Shown in pieces: positions 57,325-64,000 of a stretch of 64,000 nucleotides of DNA (its first letter is position 1; each line of letters begins with the position of its first letter). The DNA is taken from positions 101,896-165,895 of the forward strand of contig JABGQM010000001.1 in assembly GCA_018648805.1 (NCBI GenBank). The letters are read 5' to 3'. The position numbers were made by a program, and so were the translations under genes. This DNA comes from Verrucomicrobiota bacterium. Lineage in GTDB: Bacteria; Verrucomicrobiota; Kiritimatiellia; UBA8416; JABMPJ01. The notes beneath the pieces were generated by a model that was given only the letters and a program-made list of their open reading frames with translations, was not told where the DNA came from and did no database searches.

Positions 57325-58758
57325 ATGCTGTCCGCTTCAAGCTGTTCGGGGCTCTCACGCGCCCTGCTCATTGGTGTGGCGGCGGTGCCGCTGGGCTATG
57401 CCGGTGCCGCCGCCCTCGCTTCGCGCTGCCGGACGATTCGGCTGGCGGCCTGGGGCGGTGCCGTGGCCTGTTTCTTTGCCCCGCCGCTTCTGACGGGCTA
57501 TGCCTATGCTAATTTCACAGGACTGCCCGGTGTTGCGTCCTCCGTGCGCAGTCTGTGCTATGGACTGCTGGTTCTGGCGCGTCTGCTCCCTGTGGCGGCC
57601 GTGCTCTGGTTGATCTGTCCGGGCCAGGTGTCGCGTGAGGCGTGGCATGCCGTGCGGCTGGCGTGGCCGCGTCTCACTCACCGGATGCGCCTGGTACACG
57701 CCTGGCAGCAGCTCTGTCACGGGTCCGCGGCGACGGCGGCGGCCGTGCTGGGGGCGGTCTTTGTACTGGCCTTCACTGAATTCGAGCTGGCCGCCTTTCT
57801 GGGCGTGGAGCAGTGGACCGTAACGATCTTTGATGCACAGGTGGGCGGCATGTCGCTGGCCGCCTCGCTGCGCCGGGTCGCTCTGCCGGCCGCCATGGCC
57901 GGGGGGCTTGCCGTCGCGGTGGTGCTCGTCCTGCGTGCGTCGCGTCCCGTTGCGACCGGTGGCGCATCACCCCGCCGCGGGTGGGCGCCGGTCGGCCTCG
58001 CGGTGTTCATGGCGGGTGCCCTACTCGTGGCGGTGGTGCCCGGCGCGATCGTGGTGCGGGGCGTATGGCCGGGGGCATTGACGGCGTGGCGCGGATTCGG
58101 GCTGGGCCGTGAACTGGCCAGCAGCCTGCTGGTCGCTGCGGCCGCGGGAGGGTTGGCCTGCGTGGCAGCGGGGTTGGTCTGCCGGCGGTCACCCCGTCCG
58201 GGACGGCAGGCGCTACAGATGGCGGGTGTGATTGCGCTGCTCGTGCCGGGGTTGCTGGGCGGATTGGTTGTGGGCCTGCTCTTTTTAGCCATGCTGCAGG
58301 TGCCGCTGCTATGGATCCTGCGCAGCACGCCGCTGCCGCTGATCGTGGCGGCGTCCTTGATGGTGATGCCGGTGGCGCTGCTGATCCAGCTTCTGCTGCG
58401 CGGCCGTCGCCGCGTGGCCGATCTGCATCTGGCGCGGCTCCTGGCGGCGAGTCCGGATCCGGGCGTGCGCCGTCGCGCGACATCCCTCAGCTGGGTGCGC
58501 GGCAGCCGCCCCCTTTTCTGGGCGGCGGCCCTGCTGATCTACCAGGTGTTCTCCGACATCACGCTGGCCTCACTCTTGGCCCCGCTGCGTATGCCACTCG
58601 TGATGCCGCGGCTCTATAATTTTATGCATTACGGTCGCAGCGCGGTGTTGACCAGTTCGCTGCTGATTGCGGTTGTGGTGCCGCTCGCGGCCCTGACGTT
58701 GGCATCGTTCACCTACCGCATCTGGAGGGCACGGCATGCCGCCACTCTGGACATGTGA
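57325..58758 (+). CDS. ABC transporter permease (duplicated-TMD FbpB-like)
   Basis: ~12 TM helices, two permease repeats. Confidence 0.8.
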   Translation: MLSASSCSGLSRALLIGVAAVPLGYAGAAALASRCRTIRLAAWGGAVACFFAPPLLTGYAYANFTGLPGVASSVRSLCYGLLVLARLLPVAAVLWLICPGQVSREAWHAVRLAWPRLTHRMRLVHAWQQLCHGSAATAAAVLGAVFVLAFTEFELAAFLGVEQWTVTIFDAQVGGMSLAASLRRVALPAAMAGGLAVAVVLVLRASRPVATGGASPRRGWAPVGLAVFMAGALLVAVVPGAIVVRGVWPGALTAWRGFGLGRELASSLLVAAAAGGLACVAAGLVCRRSPRPGRQALQMAGVIALLVPGLLGGLVVGLLFLAMLQVPLLWILRSTPLPLIVAASLMVMPVALLIQLLLRGRRRVADLHLARLLAASPDPGVRRRATSLSWVRGSRPLFWAAALLIYQVFSDITLASLLAPLRMPLVMPRLYNFMHYGRSAVLTSSLLIAVVVPLAALTLASFTYRIWRARHAATLDM

Positions 58759-59692
58759 GGGGGTTGTGGTGAAGGGCGCCACGCGTCCGCGCCTCACCTG
58801 CGATGGCCTGCAGATCGAGTCCGGCATCACGGCCGTGCTGGGGGAATCGGGCGCAGGAAAGTCTACGCTGCTGAACCTGTTGGTCGGGTTTGCGCGTCCC
58901 GATGCGGGCCGCCTGCGGAGCGCGCTGCCCGAGGATGACGGCCGCCTTCCGCTTTTCTGGGTGCCGCAGAACGAAGGGCTGTGGCCGCACCTGCGTGTGG
59001 CCGCCCATGTGAGCAGCGTGCAGGCCGTCGGCGCGGCGGACGTGACCAAGCTGCTGCAGTCGATGGAGTTGTCCGGACTCGAAGCGCGCCATGTTGCAGA
59101 GCTCTCCGTAGGGGAGCAGTCCCGCCTAGCGGTGGCGCGGGCCGTGGCGGCCGATGCCGCCGTAACCGTTTTAGATGAACCCTTCGTGCATGTCGATCGC
59201 GCGCGCCGCGGCCTGTTGTGGCAACGCGTTGTAGCGAAGGCGCGGGCGGCCGGCACCTCGCTCGTTTTTGCCACGCATTCAGCGCGCATGGTGTTGGGAT
59301 TCGCCGAGCAGGTGGTGCTCCTGCGTGAGGGTGCCGTGATTGCCGCCGGTAGCGTGGATGCGCTTTACTGGCAACCGGCCACCCCCGCGATTGCCGAGGC
59401 GCTCGGGCCAGTCAACTGGCTGGCCGCGGACGAGGCGGCCATCTGGCTGCCGGGCGGCGCAGAGAAACGCAACTACCGTCCCTGTGAGCTGCAGCTCGAA
59501 GCGGCGGAGGCGGACGCCCCGCTGCGAGTGGAGCGCGAACAATTCGGTGGCGAGGTCAGCGAGGTGACGCTGGTGCATGTTGCGAGAGGCCGGCAGCGCA
59601 GTTTCTGTCTCTTGCCCGGCACCCCGCTCCCGTCCGGTTCGCCCGTGCGGCTGAGTGCGCGGCCCTGCCGCAGCGCGGGAGGTGTCGCATGA
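58736..59692 (+). CDS. ABC transporter ATP-binding protein
   Basis: Walker A GESGAGKST, ABC signature LSVGEQSR, Walker B VTVLDEP. Confidence 0.85.
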   Translation: MPPLWTCEGVVVKGATRPRLTCDGLQIESGITAVLGESGAGKSTLLNLLVGFARPDAGRLRSALPEDDGRLPLFWVPQNEGLWPHLRVAAHVSSVQAVGAADVTKLLQSMELSGLEARHVAELSVGEQSRLAVARAVAADAAVTVLDEPFVHVDRARRGLLWQRVVAKARAAGTSLVFATHSARMVLGFAEQVVLLREGAVIAAGSVDALYWQPATPAIAEALGPVNWLAADEAAIWLPGGAEKRNYRPCELQLEAAEADAPLRVEREQFGGEVSEVTLVHVARGRQRSFCLLPGTPLPSGSPVRLSARPCRSAGGVA

Positions 59693-59770
59693 GGGGGTGG
59701 CTTCTGGTTTCAGTTGGCGCATTACATATGATACTGCGAGGCAGAAAGTCTGTTCCCCGTGGGCGCAAAC

Positions 59771-59916
59771 GACACTTAACCGCCACCTTTACTCGGATAC
59801 CCTTAACCGACTCACTTCAACGAGAAGCGGCCGGAAAACGAGAGAGTCGATCGTTTAAGGGTATCCGAGTAAGGGTAGCGAGTAAGGGTCCGCTTAAGTG
59901 TGCGCTTAAGTGTGTT
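59771..59916 (+). repeat. MITE-like imperfect palindromic repeat element, copy 3 (divergent)
   Basis: Same termini (cacttaa… / …ccgcttaagtgtg) and palindromic arm structure as copies 1 and 2, with variant arms built from cttactcgg sub-repeats; directly upstream of the NHL lipoprotein gene. Confidence 0.5.
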
Positions 59917-59931
59917 TGCTGTGTGGTTCAA

Positions 59932-60825
59932 GTGTTCTTCTTCGTTTCAGTTGCGGCCGCGCTTGTGGCGGGCTGCGGCGGGCGGACCGATCCGGTGCCG
60001 TTCGAGCATGAGGCGGTCTGGCGTATGGCGCCTTCGGAGACAGGCATTCCCGCGCCGCGCAGTCTCTGTGTGGCGAAAAATGGCGAGCTGTACGTACTGG
60101 ATACGATCGGGCGCGTACTGGTGTATGGACCCCGCGGCGCGTTGGCGCGGCAGTGGAGTATGCCTGAAACATCGGTCGGTCGCCCCGAAGGCGTTGTGGA
60201 GTTGCGCGACGGCTCCATCCTGGTGGCCGACACGCACTATCATCGCCTGGTCCGCTTCAGTTCGAGCGGTGAGGTGCTCTCGATGTGGGGCGGCAAGGGC
60301 GAGGGCCCCGGCGAATTCATTTACCCGGTGGCTGTGACACAGGATCCGGCCGGGCTCATCTACGTGGCGGAGTATGGCGGCAACGATCGCATCCAGGTCT
60401 TTTCGGAAACGGGGGAGCTGCTGCGCAGCTTCGGGAGTTTTGGCACCGGCGAGGGGCAGCTGCAGCGCTGTTCGGGTTTGGCTTACACGGGGGGACGTCT
60501 CTACGTGGCGGATGCGATCAACAACCGCGTGCAGGTCTACACGCCGCAGGGCGAGCTCGTGGCCAGCTATACACGGCCGGGCGATGTGCCGTTTCGTTTT
60601 CCCTATGATATCGCCGTCACACCGGCCGGCACGTTGGCGGTGATCGAGTACACGGCCGGCCGCATCAGCGTGATCAATCCAGATGGCAGCCTGGTGGGCC
60701 GCTACGGCCGCACCGGACGCGGCGAGGGGGCGTTCGCCACGCCGTGGGGCATTGCGGCGGGCGCCGACGGCCGCATCTTCGTGGCGGATACGGGCAACCA
60801 TCGTATCGTGGTGGTGCGCCCATGA
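59932..60825 (+). CDS. NHL-repeat (six-bladed beta-propeller) lipoprotein
   Basis: Lipobox LVAGCGG; repeated NHL blades (YHRLVRF, NDRIQVF, NNRVQVY, NHRIVVV); the track ORF opens at 59689 but its 5' part is the repeat element, so a GTG start near 59932 is more plausible. Confidence 0.65.
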   Translation: MFFFVSVAAALVAGCGGRTDPVPFEHEAVWRMAPSETGIPAPRSLCVAKNGELYVLDTIGRVLVYGPRGALARQWSMPETSVGRPEGVVELRDGSILVADTHYHRLVRFSSSGEVLSMWGGKGEGPGEFIYPVAVTQDPAGLIYVAEYGGNDRIQVFSETGELLRSFGSFGTGEGQLQRCSGLAYTGGRLYVADAINNRVQVYTPQGELVASYTRPGDVPFRFPYDIAVTPAGTLAVIEYTAGRISVINPDGSLVGRYGRTGRGEGAFATPWGIAAGADGRIFVADTGNHRIVVVRP

Positions 60826-63809
60826 AGCAGCCTCAGATCATCACCATGCTTTTTCCGTCGCCGCGTCGGCCGCTGCGTCTGCGCGACGTGTTGCCGCTTC
60901 TTATTTTCGGACTCCTCTTTGCGGGGACCTGTCTGACCCTTGAGTTGACGCACACGGTCCTATTCGCCGTGCCGCGCGCGTTCTGGCTCTCGCCGCTTTT
61001 TATCTGGCTGTGGTGGATCGGACTGTGCGGCCGCAGCGGGGTGGTTGGCCTGGCCGCCGTGACGTCTCTGCTGGTGCGCCTGCTCCTGGCAGGTGTGTTG
61101 ATCATGGCGCTGGCCGAACCCCGCGCCGTGCGCTCGAATGACGAAACGGTTGTGGTCTACGCGCTGGATGTATCCGACTCGATCAGTGACGAGGTGTTGA
61201 CGCGCGCGCTCGGGTTTATGAACCGCACCGTGCAGGGCAAGCCGGAACGCGACAAGGCCGGCTTGGTGGTATTCGGTCGCCGCGCCGGTGTCGAGCTGCC
61301 GCCGCGTGAGTCGTTTCCTTTTGAAGCGATTAATGTGCGCGTGCCGCGCGATGGCAGCAGCCTTGAGCGTGCCCTGGCGCTCTCCAGCGCCATGCTGCCT
61401 GATTCGAGTGCGGGGCGCATCGTGCTGCTCTCCGACGGCGCACAGACCGAGGGCGATGCCGCCGGCATGCTGTCGGAGCTGACCGCGCGCGGTATCCGCG
61501 TGGACGCCCTGCCGATCGCTTACACCTACGACCGCGAGGTCTGGCTGGAGCGACTCGACCTGCCGCGTGTCGTGAAAGAGGGCGAAACCTACGAGGCCTC
61601 GGTGGTGCTCTCCTCGCTGGCCGACGGAGCGGGCACGCTCACGCTCTCGGAAAACGGCGAGACCGTGGCTGAACAGCGCGTCACATTCAAGGCCGGCAAG
61701 AACCGGCTGGTCCTGCCGCTCTACATGCGCGGTCCCGGCTTCTATGAATATGCGGCGCGCATCCGCGTACCGGCCGATGAGGACGGGTGGAGCGAGAACA
61801 ACCTGGCCGTCAACCATCTCTTCCTGAAGGGGGAGGGGCGCGTGTTGGTGGTCACAGGCGGTTCGGGCGGTGGTGAGCAGACACGCTGGCTGGGCCAGGC
61901 GATGCGGCAATCGGGATTGCTGATTGATGAGAAGGACGCTTTCGAGCTCCCGCTGGACGCCCTCTCCTACCTGCCTTACGACAGCATCGTCTTTGTCAAC
62001 GTGGCGGCCGACGAGTTGGATGCGGCCCGTATGCAGGCCATTCACGATGCGGTGGTGGTGCAGGGCTCTGGCTTCCTGATGGTGGGCGGTCAGAACAGTT
62101 TCGGGGCGGGCGGCTACAACCGCAGCCTGATCGAGAAGATCCTGCCGGTCTCGATGGATATCAAAAAACGCAAGGTGCTGCCCAAGGGCGCCCTGGCGAT
62201 TATTCTGCATACCTGTGAGTTCGCCGAGGGCAACACCTGGGGCAAGCGCATTGCCAAGGATGCCATACGCGTACTGGGCGCGCAGGACGAGGTGGGGGTG
62301 CTGGTCTACTCCTATGGCGCGGGTAGCAGCGGTGAGCGCTGGCTGTTTCCACTCACGCCTGCATCAGAGTATGACGCGCTGGTGCCGCTGATCAACAACG
62401 CGACGATCGGCGACATGCCGAGCTTCGCCACCACGATGGAGCTGGGCTACAAAGGGCTGGCGGCCAGCGACGCGGCCTCGCGTCATATGATTATTATCTC
62501 CGACGGCGATCCCTCGCCCCCGCCCCCGCCCCTGCTGGCCAAGTTTGCGGCGGCCCAGATTAGCGTCTCCACCGTGGCGATCCAACCACACGGCGGCCAG
62601 GAGCAGGGCATCATGGCGGCCATCGCGAGTGCCACGGGCGGACGCTACTACTTTCCGCAGGATCCGGCCGAGCTGCCTTCGATCTTCATCAAGGAAGCCA
62701 AGACGCTCAAGCGCAACATCATCCAGAACCGCACCTTTGTGCCGGCGGCCGGATTTCCCTCGCCCATTCTGAAGGGCATTGAGACCGTGCCGCCGCTGCA
62801 CGGCCTGGTGCTGACGATGGCCAAGCCGCGCGCCCAGACGATTCTATTGGCGCCGGACGAAGACGACAGTGACCCGCTACTGGCCATATGGCGGCACGGC
62901 CTCGGTACCACCGCGGCCTTCACCTCCGACCTCTCGGCCAACTGGGGGCGCGACTGGGTCAAGTGGGATCGCTACCAGCCTTTCGTGCGTCAGCTCATGA
63001 CGGCAATCGGCCGGGTAGAGCGTGAGCGCAATCTCTTCGTGAACCTGCACGCCGAAGGGGGCGAGGCGCGGGTGCTGGTCGAAGATCACCACGCCAATCC
63101 CGGCTTCCTCGATCTCAAAGCCGAGGTCGCGCTGGCCGGCGGTGTGACGCGTCCGATTGACCTCCGGCAGGTGGGACCGCGGCTCTATGAAGGCCGCTTC
63201 GCCCTGGCTGGCAGCGGGCGCTACCAGGTCCTCGTGGCCGGATCGGGCGACGGGCGGCAAGAGCACGCCACCGCGGGCCTGATGGTGCCTTACTCGCCGG
63301 AATACCTCCGCTTCCGTTCCGACCCGGTTCTGCTCGAACGGATCGCCGACGGCACGGGCGGGCGTCTCTTGAACGGCACCGAGACGGGGGAGGACCTTTT
63401 CAATGCCGACCGCGAGGTGCGTCGCCAGACGCGGCCCATCACGGATTGGTTTCTCTGGGCCCTGGCCATTCTGCTGCCGCTGGATGTGGCGGTACGGCGT
63501 GTGCGGATCGACTGGCGCGAGCTGTGGGGCCGCCTGACCGGGCGCGCGCGACCGGGTAAATCGACCCAAACCCTCGGCTCGCTGCTGGCACGCAAGGAGC
63601 ATGTGGATCGCGGACTGGATGCGGTGCGCGACGCGCATCTGCCGCCGGTCACCCCGATCAAGCGTACGGACGCCAAGCGGCCGCGCCGCGCGCCGCAGGA
63701 GCGTAGCGAGAGCGCTGCCGATACGATTGAACCGAGTGAAGAACCGACATCGACAACCGGCCAGCTCCTGGCGCGCAAGCGCCGCTGGCAGAGCGATAGA
63801 GATGAATAG
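60822..63809 (+). CDS. BatA-like membrane protein with VWA domain(s)
   Basis: N-terminal TM helices; MIDAS DxSxS (YALDVSDSIS); second VWA-like region; C-terminal TM; ATGA overlap with the NHL gene. Confidence 0.7.
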   Translation: MKQPQIITMLFPSPRRPLRLRDVLPLLIFGLLFAGTCLTLELTHTVLFAVPRAFWLSPLFIWLWWIGLCGRSGVVGLAAVTSLLVRLLLAGVLIMALAEPRAVRSNDETVVVYALDVSDSISDEVLTRALGFMNRTVQGKPERDKAGLVVFGRRAGVELPPRESFPFEAINVRVPRDGSSLERALALSSAMLPDSSAGRIVLLSDGAQTEGDAAGMLSELTARGIRVDALPIAYTYDREVWLERLDLPRVVKEGETYEASVVLSSLADGAGTLTLSENGETVAEQRVTFKAGKNRLVLPLYMRGPGFYEYAARIRVPADEDGWSENNLAVNHLFLKGEGRVLVVTGGSGGGEQTRWLGQAMRQSGLLIDEKDAFELPLDALSYLPYDSIVFVNVAADELDAARMQAIHDAVVVQGSGFLMVGGQNSFGAGGYNRSLIEKILPVSMDIKKRKVLPKGALAIILHTCEFAEGNTWGKRIAKDAIRVLGAQDEVGVLVYSYGAGSSGERWLFPLTPASEYDALVPLINNATIGDMPSFATTMELGYKGLAASDAASRHMIIISDGDPSPPPPPLLAKFAAAQISVSTVAIQPHGGQEQGIMAAIASATGGRYYFPQDPAELPSIFIKEAKTLKRNIIQNRTFVPAAGFPSPILKGIETVPPLHGLVLTMAKPRAQTILLAPDEDDSDPLLAIWRHGLGTTAAFTSDLSANWGRDWVKWDRYQPFVRQLMTAIGRVERERNLFVNLHAEGGEARVLVEDHHANPGFLDLKAEVALAGGVTRPIDLRQVGPRLYEGRFALAGSGRYQVLVAGSGDGRQEHATAGLMVPYSPEYLRFRSDPVLLERIADGTGGRLLNGTETGEDLFNADREVRRQTRPITDWFLWALAILLPLDVAVRRVRIDWRELWGRLTGRARPGKSTQTLGSLLARKEHVDRGLDAVRDAHLPPVTPIKRTDAKRPRRAPQERSESAADTIEPSEEPTSTTGQLLARKRRWQSDRDE

Positions 63810-63820
63810 GAGGACCCGTC

Positions 63821-64000
63821 ATGCAGAACGATGAACAGCTCCAGCAGGAGGCCGCCCGTTTTAGGGAACAGTATCACCGCGCCCGTGAGGCGGTCGGCAC
63901 CATCATGGTAGGTCAGGATGGAGTTGTGGAAGGGGTCATGACCGGACTCTTCTGTGGCGGCAATGTCCTGCTCGAAGGCGTGCCCGGGTTGGGCAAGACC
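63821..64000 (+). CDS. MoxR-family AAA+ ATPase (N-terminal part; 3' end lies outside the window)
   Basis: …LLEGVPGLGKT Walker A at the window edge; classic VWA-MoxR pairing. Confidence 0.7.
   Translation, partial: MQNDEQLQQEAARFREQYHRAREAVGTIMVGQDGVVEGVMTGLFCGGNVLLEGVPGLGKT

Overview
High-GC (~65%) bacterial chromosomal window; gene content (prenyltransferase/squalene-oxidase-repeat protein, BatA/MoxR, ecotin, caspase-domain peptidase, Gfo/Idh/MocA oxidoreductases, many sigma-54 regulators) suggests a Verrucomicrobia/Planctomycetes-like genome. Most of the window is ordinary: nucleoside salvage (deoA-cdd), mutY, two PAS histidine kinase/NtrC-type sigma-54 activator pairs, two paralogous AraC regulators beside a standalone B12-binding protein, panE, a LarA-like/SDR/gnd sugar-acid cluster, outer-membrane proteins, a 1263-aa secreted tandem transglutaminase-like protein, a flotillin/NfeD operon, a Fbp-like ABC transporter, a RelE/HigA-type toxin-antitoxin pair and a BatA/MoxR operon. 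The standout is a ~16 kb lower-GC island (~33.4-50.7 kb; by-eye ~50-56% GC, not computed). It starts with a phage CII-like HTH regulator. It then carries a co-directional, tightly spaced gene set: a 1185-aa PglX/MmeI-family N6-adenine methyltransferase (motifs GxFYTP, DPACGSGAF, NPPY), an AlbA_2/HATPase_c_4 protein, an 1145-aa PLD-nuclease::SNF2-helicase fusion, a small unknown, a putative HD-domain protein, a SpeH-like pyruvoyl-dependent S-adenosylmethionine decarboxylase homologue translationally coupled to a 458-aa unknown, and a secreted TPR protein. PglZ/BrxC and DrmA/DrmB are absent, so this fits neither canonical BREX nor DISARM and is a candidate undescribed defence system. Other observations: a MITE-like palindromic repeat present three times, always just upstream of a + strand gene; a plausible sigma-54 promoter upstream of the caspase gene next to the NtrC-type activator; a 24-bp perfect palindrome between an AraC regulator and the B12-binding protein; and ATCCGTG tandem/inverted repeat arrays at two intergenic sites.
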